Assembly (NCBI GenBank): GCA_963555995.3
Contig: OY821641.1
Span: forward strand, 2,656,001-2,720,000
Direction: 5' to 3'
Origin: Vicinamibacteria bacterium
GTDB lineage: Bacteria > Acidobacteriota > Vicinamibacteria > Marinacidobacterales > Marinacidobacteraceae
Length of the DNA stretch: 64,000 nucleotides
The position numbers and the translations under genes are program-made. Position 1 is the first letter of the stretch; every line of letters starts with the position of its first letter. Positions 23,033 through 32,187 of this stretch are shown piece by piece. The notes under the pieces were generated by a model, which ran no database searches, was not told the origin of the DNA, and saw nothing but the letters and a program-made list of their open reading frames with translations.

Positions 23033-25585
23033 CTACGTCTTCATCCGGGCGCCGGCCGGGTCGAAGAGCCCCGTGGCGACCGCCGCCACCGTGACCGGGA
23101 AGCACTCGTTCATGTACATGACCTGGAGCCGTTCCCCGACCCGGGCGCGCTCCACCGGCAGGTAGGCCAGCAGCAGGTACCTGCCCACGGACGGCCCCGT
23201 CCCGGCCGAAAGCACGCGGGACTCCCGCCCCAGCGCGTCCACGATGCGGTCCCCGGCGAGCGTCAGGACCGGTTCGTTCCCACCGGCCGGGAAGCGGGCG
23301 ACCCCCGAGGCGCCCCGGTGGTCGTCCATGGTGAGCGTGCAGATCAGCGCCGCCGGCCCCGCTTCGCGGGCCCTGGAATAGGCGGCCTTGCCGATGAAGT
23401 CGGCCCGCTTCATCCGGGGCCGCGCCAACCCGGCCTCCACCGGGGAGTACTCGGACGTGAGCTCGGAGCCGACGAGCAGGTAGCCCTTCTCCATGCGTCC
23501 GGTGACGGCATAGACGCCGATGCCGACGGGCCGCGCATCGAAACCCCGGCCCGCGGCCCGGATCGCGTCCCAAAGCGCCAGCCCGTGCTCCGTCCGCGCG
23601 TAGATCTCCCAGCCGTTCTCGCCCACGTAGGAGATGCGCAGCATCGTGACGGGGATCCCCTGGATCAGCGCGCTCCGCACCGTGCCGTAGGGGAACTCGT
23701 CCTGGCCGAGTCCGATGTCCGTGACCCCGGCGAGCAGGGCCGGCGCGTCGGGGCCCCACACCCCGACGGTGCAGACCGCCGACGTCCGGTCCTCGAACTG
23801 CACCGACCCGTCCGCCGGCAGGTGCTTCTTGAACCAGTAGGCGTCCCGCGCCCCGTCGAAGACCCCGCTCACCACCCGGAACCGGTCCACCGCCAGCCGC
23901 TGGATGGTGAGGTCGGCGCGAAAGCCGCCGTCCGGCGTCAGCAGCGGCGTGTAGATCGCGCTGCCGACCGGGCGCCGGCACAGGTTGACCGTCAACGTCT
24001 CCATGTACGGAACCACCCCCGGCCCGGAGACGTCGAAGATCTGGAACGCGCCCAGGTCCACCAGCCCCACCTTCTCGCGCAGGTGCAGGTGTTCCGCGTT
24101 GATGATCGGCGACCACCAGCGCCGGTCCCACTCGTGCGGGCGGTCCGGGACGGCGTAGCGCGCCACCAGGTCCTCGTTCGAGGCGTACCACTGTGGGCGC
24201 TCCCATCCCCGCGCTTCGTGGAACTCGGCCCCCAGCGCCTCGGTGCGCGGGTGGAACGGCGACCGGTTCACGCCCCGCTCCGACTCCCACTGCTCGCGCG
24301 GATGGACGATTCCGTAGGTCTTGGTGAAGTGCTCGCGGCAGCGCGCCCGGATGTGGCGCCCGGTGCGCTCGTGCGGCTGGAAGCGGGTCACGTCGGAGCC
24401 GTGCGGGTCCAGCAGGCGCGGGTAGCCGTGGGTCATCCACTCGGCGAGGAGGCGGGCCGATCCGGGGCCCTCGCGCACCCAGACCGCCGCCGCCGACCAC
24501 AGGTTGGCCACCTCGGCGGTCTCGCCCAGCACCTGCTGGGTGTCGGGCGTCAGCGAGAGCAGGCCGTTCACGGCGTACTGGATCTCGGCGCCCGCCAGGA
24601 GCTCGCCCATGATCTCGCGCGCCTGTTCGAGTTGCCGCGCGAAGTCCCCGGGCGTGAAGGGCAGCTCGGTGGGGGAACGCTCGGCGTCGGCGATGGACGG
24701 GATGTCGTCGGGGCGGACCAGGATGGGGCGGTGCGCGTAGGAACCCACCTCCATCGCTCCGTGGCTCTGCCGCTCGTACATGAACGAATCCATGTCCCGC
24801 ACGATGGGGTAGCCGATCTCGTTGCCGGTCCCGAGCAGGATGTCCACCGGGCCGAAGTCGGCCATCTGGTGGACGGCCGGCGTGAGCGGGATGGAGGCGC
24901 CCGCCATGGCGGCGAGGCGCGGGCTCCAGACGCCGCCGGCGATGACCACGTGTTCGATCTCGACGGTCCCGCGGTCCGTCGCCACCGCCCGGATGCGCGG
25001 GCGTCCGAAGGGCGCGGGTTCGACTTCCAGGCCGGTCACTTCGGTCTCGTCGAGGACCGTGAGCACGCCGCGCGCCCGGGCCCGCTCCCGCATGATCGTG
25101 CCCGCCCTCACCGAGTCCACGACGGACACGCTCGGGGTGTGGAAGCCGCCGAGGATCACCTCCGGGTTCACGAACGGCGCCTTCGCGGCCACCTGCGCCG
25201 GGGTCAGCAGTTCGCTCTCGATCCCCCACGTGCGCGCCGAGGTCATGCGGCGCCGCAGCTCCTCCATCCGCTCCTCGGTGCGGGCGACCTCGATGCCGCC
25301 GCAGGTGGTGTTGACGCCGAGCGCTTCGTACTGGCGCTGGCTCTCGAGCGTGAGGAGCGCGATCTCGCGGCCGTGATCGGTGGGAAAGATGAAGTTGGAG
25401 GCGTGGCCGGTGGAGCCGCCGGGGTTGGGGAGCGGTCCCTTGTCGAGCAGCAGCAGGTCGTCCCAGCCGAGCCTCGCCAGGTGCTCGACCAGGCAGTTGC
25501 CGACGATGCCGGCGCCGATGACGGCGACCCGGGCGCGGGGGGGAGCGGCGCGGGGAGCGGTCATGCTCGCAGTGCTCGGGGTCAT
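23033..25585 (-). CDS. Dimethylglycine/sarcosine dehydrogenase-oxidase family (FAD domain + GcvT domain)
   Basis: VIGAGIVG, GGSTGHAS, GWERPQWY and RISYVGENGWEIY motifs. ATG 25585 overlaps the metF stop. Confidence 0.9.
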   Translation of the reverse strand: MTPSTASMTAPRAAPPRARVAVIGAGIVGNCLVEHLARLGWDDLLLLDKGPLPNPGGSTGHASNFIFPTDHGREIALLTLESQRQYEALGVNTTCGGIEVARTEERMEELRRRMTSARTWGIESELLTPAQVAAKAPFVNPEVILGGFHTPSVSVVDSVRAGTIMRERARARGVLTVLDETEVTGLEVEPAPFGRPRIRAVATDRGTVEIEHVVIAGGVWSPRLAAMAGASIPLTPAVHQMADFGPVDILLGTGNEIGYPIVRDMDSFMYERQSHGAMEVGSYAHRPILVRPDDIPSIADAERSPTELPFTPGDFARQLEQAREIMGELLAGAEIQYAVNGLLSLTPDTQQVLGETAEVANLWSAAAVWVREGPGSARLLAEWMTHGYPRLLDPHGSDVTRFQPHERTGRHIRARCREHFTKTYGIVHPREQWESERGVNRSPFHPRTEALGAEFHEARGWERPQWYASNEDLVARYAVPDRPHEWDRRWWSPIINAEHLHLREKVGLVDLGAFQIFDVSGPGVVPYMETLTVNLCRRPVGSAIYTPLLTPDGGFRADLTIQRLAVDRFRVVSGVFDGARDAYWFKKHLPADGSVQFEDRTSAVCTVGVWGPDAPALLAGVTDIGLGQDEFPYGTVRSALIQGIPVTMLRISYVGENGWEIYARTEHGLALWDAIRAAGRGFDARPVGIGVYAVTGRMEKGYLLVGSELTSEYSPVEAGLARPRMKRADFIGKAAYSRAREAGPAALICTLTMDDHRGASGVARFPAGGNEPVLTLAGDRIVDALGRESRVLSAGTGPSVGRYLLLAYLPVERARVGERLQVMYMNECFPVTVAAVATGLFDPAGARMKT

Positions 25586-26502
25586 CTCCTGATTCCTCGT
25601 GGACGCCGCTCCGCCATTCCTCGCGGGTCGGCGGTGCGCAGGTCGGACAGCCAGGCGGCGGTTTCCGCCAGGCCGCCGAAGGTGAACAGGTGGAGGTCCA
25701 CGCCGAACGCGTCCTCGCGGACGGCCCGCTGCCGGGCCAGCCCGAGCGCGACCGGGGTGGGCGACCAGCCGCCCGCCAGCCGGGCGACGCCGGGCTTCCG
25801 CCGCAGCGCCCGGGCGGACCCCGCGACGCCGCAGCGGACGGCGTACTCGATCAGCTTGCGCAGCGGGGCGGGTCCCGGCAGCCCGATGCGGACCGGCAGC
25901 GTGCAGCCGGACTCCCGCGTCCGCGCCAGCCAGGCGAGGGCGGGAGGGGCGGAGAACACGAACTGCGTCACCAACCAGAGCTCCGCACCCGTCGCCCGGG
26001 CGTACTCGGTCTTCCGCCGCAGCGCCTCCTCCAGAGCGGCCGGGCCGACGAGGGGATGCCCCTCCGGATACGAGGTGACGCCGAGCCGCCGGAGGCCGTG
26101 CTCCGCGAGCAGCCCGGAGTCCAGCAGCGCCGGCGCGTCCGGGTACGGGCCGGCGGGCGCGGAGCGGTCTCCGGCCACCAGCAGCAGCGAGTCCGTTCCC
26201 GTCTCCACCAGCGCGGACAGCCAGTCGCGGAGCTCGTCCGGCCCCCGGACCGAGCGCGCGGGCAGGTGCGGCACCGGCCTCATGCCCGCGGCCAGCACCC
26301 GTTCGCAGCCGGCGACCGTGTCCGGCCACCGGCCCGTCGGCGGGAACGGCAGATAGACGGCGGTCCCCCGCGGGAGGTGGCCGGCGAGGACTTCCCGAGC
26401 CGGCAGTTGACGCGCCAGGACCTCGACGGAGGCGCCGAGGGCCAGGTCGCGCAACGCGCGGCCCGACTCCGGATCGTTCACGGATTCGGCATTCTGCCCC
26501 AT
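25582..26502 (-). CDS. metF: Methylenetetrahydrofolate reductase-like protein
   Basis: PVPHLPAR, LLVAGD, YPEGHP, VTQFVF and LHLFTFGG motifs. Confidence 0.82.
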   Translation of the reverse strand: MGQNAESVNDPESGRALRDLALGASVEVLARQLPAREVLAGHLPRGTAVYLPFPPTGRWPDTVAGCERVLAAGMRPVPHLPARSVRGPDELRDWLSALVETGTDSLLLVAGDRSAPAGPYPDAPALLDSGLLAEHGLRRLGVTSYPEGHPLVGPAALEEALRRKTEYARATGAELWLVTQFVFSAPPALAWLARTRESGCTLPVRIGLPGPAPLRKLIEYAVRCGVAGSARALRRKPGVARLAGGWSPTPVALGLARQRAVREDAFGVDLHLFTFGGLAETAAWLSDLRTADPRGMAERRPRGIRR

Positions 26503-27218
26503 GCGGGGGGTTGACGGCGGGCGGCGCCACGCCCGCGGCCCGGTTATCGCGAAAATGCAGCTCCGGCGAGACGCTGGCCCTCGTGATGGCGCCGCCGGCG
26601 GGGAGCGCCGCTCTTCAGAGCGGCACAGCGGGCCGAAGGCCCGCGGATGTCGTGTCGCTGTCTGCGGGGATGAACCGAGAGCAAAGCACCACCGCGCCGC
26701 TCACCGTGGCGCCGTGCGCGGCGCTATCGCGCAGCGCGTGCCGGTCTGAAGACCGGCGCTCCCCGCCAGCGGCGCAACGCCCGCGGCCCGGTTATCGCGA
26801 AATGCAGCTCCTGCGAGACGCTGGCCCTCGTGATGGCGCCGCCGGCTGGGAGCGCCGCTCTTCAGAGCGGCACAGCGGGCCGAAGGCCCGCGGATGTCGG
26901 GTCGCTGTCTGCGGGGATGAACCGAGAGCAGAGCACCACCGCACCGCTCACCGTGGCGCCGTGCGCGGCGCTATCGCGCAGCGCGTGCCGGTCTGAAGAC
27001 CGGCGCTCCCCGCCAGCGGCGCAACGCACGCGGCCCGGTTATCGCGAAAATGCAGCTCCGGCGAGACGCTGGCCCTCGTGATGGCGCCGCCGGTGTCAAG
27101 CGACACCTAGTTTGGCCCAGATAAACGACACCTACTTTGTCACCCTGGAGAGCCTGTTTCGGCGGGGAAGGAGGGACGTTGGGGAGCGCGGCGGGAGCCC
27201 GGAGGGCGACCAGAGCGC

Positions 27219-28076
27219 TCACCGACGTCCCTCCTTCCCCGCCGGCGCCGCGGCGGGGGATGAGGCCGCCTCTTCCGGGAGGAGGAAGGATCGAGCGATC
27301 GTCTCCTGGCGCTCCCGGAAGCTCTGCTCCAGATCCCGCAGCCGATAGCTGCGGCCACGGATGTCGAGGACCACGCAGCGGTGCAGGAACCGGTCCAGGA
27401 TCGCGCTCGCCAGCACCGCGTCCCCCGCCAGCACCTCCGGCCATTCCCGGATCGCCTTGTTCGTCGTGACCAGCACGCTCCCCCGCTCATGCCGGTCGTT
27501 GATCAACCGGAACAGTTGACTCGCTTCCTTCGCGTCCAGGGCTTCGTAGCCCATCTCGTCGATGATCAACAGCGACGCCGACAGATACCGCCGGTTCCCC
27601 CGTGGCGTCGTCGACCCCTCATGCCGCTTCAGGGTCCGCAGCAACTCGTCCAGCCGGTAGAACGCCACCCGGAACCCGTTCTCCAGCGCCCGCATCCCCA
27701 GACCCGCCGCCAGGTGCGTCTTCCCCACCCCCGGCGGGCCCTGCAGCAGAACGTTCTGCCGCTCCCGGATCCAACCGCAGGTGCCCAACAGTTCCACCCG
27801 CGTCCGGTCCAGCGTCGGCTGGAAGCCGAAGTCGAAGTTCCCCAGGGTCCGTCCCAGAGGCAACCCCGCCATCCGCAGCCCCATCTCCAGCCGCCGCTGC
27901 CGGCGGAACTCCCTCTCCGTCTCCAGGACCCGAACCAACAGGCGATGCGCCGGCAGCTCCTCCCGCGCACACTCGGTCAGCAACTCGGACAACCGAGCCG
28001 ATGCCTCCCGCATCCCGAGCTCTCCCAGGATCCGCCGCGTCCGGTCCAGGTCCAGGTCCACATCCATACTCACCAT
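27219..28076 (-). CDS. istB: IS21 helper ATPase IstB
   Basis: FDFGFQP, GPPGVGKTHLA, LLIIDEMGY and AILDRFLH motifs. Confidence 0.95.
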   Translation of the reverse strand: MVSMDVDLDLDRTRRILGELGMREASARLSELLTECAREELPAHRLLVRVLETEREFRRQRRLEMGLRMAGLPLGRTLGNFDFGFQPTLDRTRVELLGTCGWIRERQNVLLQGPPGVGKTHLAAGLGMRALENGFRVAFYRLDELLRTLKRHEGSTTPRGNRRYLSASLLIIDEMGYEALDAKEASQLFRLINDRHERGSVLVTTNKAIREWPEVLAGDAVLASAILDRFLHRCVVLDIRGRSYRLRDLEQSFRERQETIARSFLLPEEAASSPAAAPAGKEGRR

Positions 28077-29323
28077 CGCGCTACCTCCGCCAGCGCCGCA
28101 TACAGATCCAGGGGACGTTCCTCCGGAGCCATCGCCCCGATCTCCTCCAGCCGACGCCCCATCCGCCCCAGCGGCGCCGGCGCGATCACCCGACCCGTCG
28201 AAGCCCCCTCGTAATGCGACAAGTCGCGCACAAGCAAGGAGTTGCCCTCTCGGGGATGCTCCGCCACCACCTCCCCGCGATCCAACACCTGCACCCGGCG
28301 CGCGCACCGGCGCACCTCCACCCGGGTCCCCACCAGACGGAACGGCACCGACCAGCTCCGGCTGTCGAACGCCACCGTGCAGTCCTTCCGCACCGGCCGC
28401 AGCCCCACCAGGTCGAACGGCTCCGGCAACCCCGTGCAGTCCCCCAAATACCCCTGCTCCTCCTCCCAACTCTCCAACACCCCGCGCCCCGTCGCCGGGC
28501 TCGTCCGGCGCGACTCCCACTCCAGCAACCGAGCGTCCGTCCACGCCTGCAACTCCTCCAGGCTCGACCACTCGCTCGTCGGCCCCGGACCCCAACCCCG
28601 CAGGTCCAGGATCCCTCGCTCCACCTTCCCCTTCGCCTCCGGAGACCGCGGCGGACAGGGATCGATGTGAAACCGCGCCTCCTCCGCATACCGCAAATAG
28701 GCCCGGTTCACCTCCCCCCAGACCCCCGCGCCGCGCACTATCGCCGTCTTCACGTTGTCCATCCGTACCGTCGCCGTCACCCCCTTCAGACGCACAAACG
28801 CCTGCCCGTGAACCCACAACCACGACAGCGTGTCCTTCAACGGGGACCACACCACCGCGCTCTTCCGCGAAAAGCTCAACCGCAGCGCAAACGCACTTAC
28901 CCCCCGCCGGCCTCCAACCAGCATCCCCGGCGCCTCCGCCCAGTCCGCCTGCGCCTGCGCCCCCGGCGGCGTCTCCACCCGACGCCGCGCCCGTACCCGG
29001 CCCGGACCCAACCGACGACGCAGATACCGCTGCACCGACCGCAGGCTCCCCACATACCCGTGCTCCGCCACCAAATGCTCGTGCAGCGCCGTCGCGTTCA
29101 AGGGCTGACCCCCCGCAAAGTCCGCGCACCACTCCCGGATCTCCTCCCCAAGCCTCGAAGCGCGCTCAACCTTCCCGCGACCGTCGCGCCTACCCTCCTC
29201 GCGACCCAGCTCGTAGCGAACCTGACGCTCGCTCACCCGCGCCGCCCGCGCGATCTCACGCCGGGAACAACCACGCTCCGAAAGCGCCCTGATCGTCATC
29301 CGAAGCTCCTTGCTGAGTGCCAT
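28070..29323 (-). CDS. istA: IS21 DDE transposase IstA
   Basis: N-terminal HTH, ETPPGAQAQADW, RMDNVKT and KGKVER motifs. Confidence 0.95.
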   Translation of the reverse strand: MALSKELRMTIRALSERGCSRREIARAARVSERQVRYELGREEGRRDGRGKVERASRLGEEIREWCADFAGGQPLNATALHEHLVAEHGYVGSLRSVQRYLRRRLGPGRVRARRRVETPPGAQAQADWAEAPGMLVGGRRGVSAFALRLSFSRKSAVVWSPLKDTLSWLWVHGQAFVRLKGVTATVRMDNVKTAIVRGAGVWGEVNRAYLRYAEEARFHIDPCPPRSPEAKGKVERGILDLRGWGPGPTSEWSSLEELQAWTDARLLEWESRRTSPATGRGVLESWEEEQGYLGDCTGLPEPFDLVGLRPVRKDCTVAFDSRSWSVPFRLVGTRVEVRRCARRVQVLDRGEVVAEHPREGNSLLVRDLSHYEGASTGRVIAPAPLGRMGRRLEEIGAMAPEERPLDLYAALAEVARW

Positions 29324-29869
29324 GGCGGTCCCCCTGAAGCGAGAACCGAAGCCTCAGCCAACGACGCAAACAGGTGACAAAGTTCGTGTCGTTTAAGCCC
29401 GATCTTTACCTGTCGTTTGACAGCCGGCTGGGAGCGCCGCTCTTCAGAGCGGCACAGCGGGCCGAAGGCCCGCGGATGTCGGGTCGCTGTCTGCGGGGAT
29501 GAACCGAGAGCAAAGCACCACCGCGCCGCTCACCGTGGCGCCGTGCGCGGCGCTATCGCGCAGCGCGTGCCGGTCTGAAGACCGGCGCTCCCCGCCAGCG
29601 GCGCAACGCACGCGGCCCGGTTATCGCGAAAATGCAGCTCCGGCGAGACGCTGGCCCTCGTGATGGCGCCGCCGGCTGGGAGCCCCGCTCTTCAGAGCGG
29701 CACAGCGGGCCGAAGGCCCGCGGATGTCGGGTCGCTGTCTGCGGGGATGAACCGAGAGCAGAGCACCACCGCACCGCTCGCCGTGGCGCCGTGCGCGGCG
29801 CTATCGCGCAGCGCGTGCCGGTCTGAAGACCGGCGCTCCCCAGCGGCGTCGTACACACTCCCGGGCGTC

Positions 29870-31435
29870 ATGAACTCCCGCCGGCTGGTCGCGCTCGGTG
29901 GGGTCCATGTTGTGCTGGCGGGGGTGCTGGCGGGGCTGCTCGCGGGGGGGTGGGGGTTCTGGTGGCAGGTCGGCGTGCACGCCGCGCTCTTCGCGCCGCT
30001 GCTGCTCGTGGGGCTGCCCCTGGTGCGGGGGCGCGAGACCGGACGCGCTCCCCGCCGGGTGCTGCTGGCTGTGCTCGCGGCGGGGCTCGTCGGCCGAGCG
30101 CTCCTGGTCGGCGTGCCGCCCGCGCCGCAGGCCGACCTCCACCGGATGATCTGGGAGGGCCGGGTTCCCGCGGCGGGGGGCGACCCCTTCCGCCACCCGC
30201 CCGATGCGCCCGAACTGGCGGAACTCGCCGCCGCGCTCCCGGAGGTCCGGGCGGGGGTGAACTACTGGAAGCTGCCGGCGATCTATCCGCCCGCGGCGCA
30301 GCTCTTCTTCCGGGCGACGACCTGGGTCTCGGTCCACCCGGCGGCGATGAAGGGGGCGCTGGTGGTCGCCGAGGGGGTGCTCGTCCTCGCGCTGGTCCTG
30401 CTCCTGCGCCGCCGCGGTCTGCACCCGGGGCTCGTCGTGCTCTACGTCTGGAACCCGCTGCCGCTCACCGCGATCGCGGGCGAAGGCCACGGTGACGCCC
30501 TCGGGCTGGCCTTCCTCGCGCTCGGGCTGCTCGCCGCCGAGTCCCTGCGCCCGGCCGCCGCCGCGTGTCTCGCCGCGCTGTCGGCGCTCTCCAAGATCGT
30601 GGGCGGGGTGCTCCTCCCGTTCCTGCTGTTCCCGGCCCGGCGGGAGGCGCGGCGGCCCGTCCGGGTGCTGCTCGCCGCCCTCGGGACCACGGCGGTGGTC
30701 ACGCTCCCCTGGCTCACGCCGGGCGTCCTGGATCGGGGGCTCCCGGCGCGTCTCGGAGAGCTGACCGGGAGCCTCGGGCACTTCGCCCGCCACTGGCGGT
30801 TCAACGAGTCCGGGTTCCTGGTGCTCGAGGCCGCCTTCGGCGAGGCCGCCCGGGTGGGGGTGCTCGCGCTGGCGGTCGCGCTGCTGCTGGTCCTCCTCTA
30901 CCGGCGGGTGGAGCCGGCGCTCGGCATCCCGCTGCTCGCCGGGACCGTCTTCCTGCTCTCCCCGGTGGCGCACCCCTGGTACTTCCTCTGGACCCTCCCG
31001 TTCATGGTCCTCCACCCGGAGCGGCGGACGCTGCTCGCCGCGACGCTGGTCCTCTCGGGCACCCTGGTGCTCGCGACCTGGCCGTCGTGGCATCTTCCCG
31101 TCGGAGAGCCGTGGGTGCTCCCCTGGCCCGTCCGCCTCGCGGAGTACCTGCCCCCCGTCCTGATCCTGATCGCCGGAGGAGTCGCCAACCGGCGCCGCCG
31201 GCTTGGAACGCCGGCTTCAGCCGGCACCCGCTGCGCGGAGCGCAGCGGACTGCACCACGCTGACTCAGGCGATGGCGTTCGACTCTCGGTCCATCACCGC
31301 GAACAGCGGCACGATCCGCGGGCCTGCGGCCCGCGGTGCCGGCTGAAGCCGGCGCTCCAAGCCATTTCGCCTTTTCATACCCGGTGGGGTTTCTCCAGGC
31401 GGCGGAGGTGGGCCACCGCCAGCGCCGCGGCGTAG
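29870..31435 (+). CDS. GT-C fold polytopic glycosyltransferase (GT87/DUF2029-like) with REP-derived C-terminal tail
   Basis: DLHRMIWEG, IYPPAAQ, YVWNPL, EGHGD, WRFN and SPVAHPWY motifs with many TM helices. No stop before the REP doublet. Confidence 0.8.
   Translation: MNSRRLVALGGVHVVLAGVLAGLLAGGWGFWWQVGVHAALFAPLLLVGLPLVRGRETGRAPRRVLLAVLAAGLVGRALLVGVPPAPQADLHRMIWEGRVPAAGGDPFRHPPDAPELAELAAALPEVRAGVNYWKLPAIYPPAAQLFFRATTWVSVHPAAMKGALVVAEGVLVLALVLLLRRRGLHPGLVVLYVWNPLPLTAIAGEGHGDALGLAFLALGLLAAESLRPAAAACLAALSALSKIVGGVLLPFLLFPARREARRPVRVLLAALGTTAVVTLPWLTPGVLDRGLPARLGELTGSLGHFARHWRFNESGFLVLEAAFGEAARVGVLALAVALLLVLLYRRVEPALGIPLLAGTVFLLSPVAHPWYFLWTLPFMVLHPERRTLLAATLVLSGTLVLATWPSWHLPVGEPWVLPWPVRLAEYLPPVLILIAGGVANRRRRLGTPASAGTRCAERSGLHHADSGDGVRLSVHHREQRHDPRACGPRCRLKPALQAISPFHTRWGFSRRRRWATASAAA
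31202..31361. repeat. REP doublet type A inside the 3' end of the GT-C ORF
   Basis: Inverted copies at 31202-27 and 31336-61. Confidence 0.9.
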
Positions 31436-32166
31436 CCGGCGCCGAAGCCGTTGTCAATGTTCACCACCGTCACGCCGGGCGCGCAACTGTTGAGCAGCGA
31501 GAGCAGGGCGGTGAGCCCTCCCCACGACGCGCCGTAACCCGTGGACGTGGGCACCGCCACGATGGGGCACGGGGCGAGACCCGCGACCACCGGGGCGAGC
31601 GCCGCCTCCATGCCGGCGACCACCACGAGCGCGTGCAACGAGGCGAAGCCGGGGGCCTCGGTGAGGAGGCGTTGAATGCCCGCGACCCCGATGTCGAAGG
31701 TCCGCCGGACCTCGGCGCCCATGAGTTCGGCCGTCAGCGCGGCTTCCTCGGCCACCGGGATGTCCGAGGTCCCCGCCGAGACGACCCCGATGGCGGCGTC
31801 GAGCGGGGCGGGGGCGGTCCGGGAGACGACCACGGCGCGGGCTTCCTCGCGCCAGACCGCCTCGGGGACCTCCGCGAGCACGGCGCGGGCGGTCTCCGGG
31901 GCGGTCCGGGTCACCAGCGTCTGCCCGGCGGTGGCGGACAGCGACCGCACGATGGCGACGACCTGCTCCGCCGTCTTGCCCTCGGCGAGCACCACCTCCG
32001 GGAAGCCGCGGCGGAGTTCCCGGTGGTGGTCGAGCCGGGCGAAGGGCGTCCGGCCGTCGTCGCCCACCGTCTCGAACGGGAACCGCAACCGCCGCGCCGC
32101 CTCGCCGGGCGTCACGTCACCCGCCGCGACGCCGTCCAGCAGGCGGCGCAGGCTTTCGTCGTTCAT
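31375..32166 (-). CDS. larB: Nickel-pincer cofactor biosynthesis protein LarB (AIR carboxylase-like)
   Basis: ARLDHHRELRRGFPEVV, AGTSDIPVAEEA, VPTSTGYGA and VVNIDNGFGA motifs. Confidence 0.92.
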   Translation of the reverse strand: MNDESLRRLLDGVAAGDVTPGEAARRLRFPFETVGDDGRTPFARLDHHRELRRGFPEVVLAEGKTAEQVVAIVRSLSATAGQTLVTRTAPETARAVLAEVPEAVWREEARAVVVSRTAPAPLDAAIGVVSAGTSDIPVAEEAALTAELMGAEVRRTFDIGVAGIQRLLTEAPGFASLHALVVVAGMEAALAPVVAGLAPCPIVAVPTSTGYGASWGGLTALLSLLNSCAPGVTVVNIDNGFGAGYAAALAVAHLRRLEKPHRV

Positions 32167-32187
32167 CGCGCGGAGTATGCTCGACTG
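32167..32187. promoter_or_regulatory. Putative bidirectional overlapping -10 elements for leaderless larB and dnaG
   Basis: TATGCT (32176-81, + strand) 6 nt before the dnaG ATG. CATACT (32179-74, - strand) 7 nt before the larB ATG. Confidence 0.5.

Larger units (their letters stand above)
27094..29422 (-). mobile_element. Complete IS21-family element (2329 bp) with 5 bp TSD GCCGG
   Basis: Ends TGTCAAGCGACA and TGTCGTTTGACA, subterminal repeats at about 27122-45 and 29371-96, GCCGG at 27089-93 and 29423-27. Confidence 0.95.
26530..29845 (+). repeat. Tandem array of four ~248 bp REP-doublet+tail units, third unit interrupted by IS21
   Basis: Marker GGTTATCGCG at 26542, 26790, 27037 and 29619 gives periods of 248, 247 and 248 after removing the IS and TSD. 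Confidence 0.93.

Noticed and set aside
25586-26530. Apparent N-terminal extension of the dehydrogenase (1165 aa ORF)
   Set aside because: Alternate frame overlapping metF. The Rossmann motif begins just after ATG 25585.
26503-26600. SAM/SAH/THF riboswitch upstream of metF
   Set aside because: No recognisable aptamer consensus. The sequence is the repeat tail also found at 13050 and 21280.
26530-29845. Possible CRISPR array
   Set aside because: Units are 248 bp and near-identical throughout, with no unique 30-40 bp spacers and no cas genes. It fits a REP/BIME-type array.
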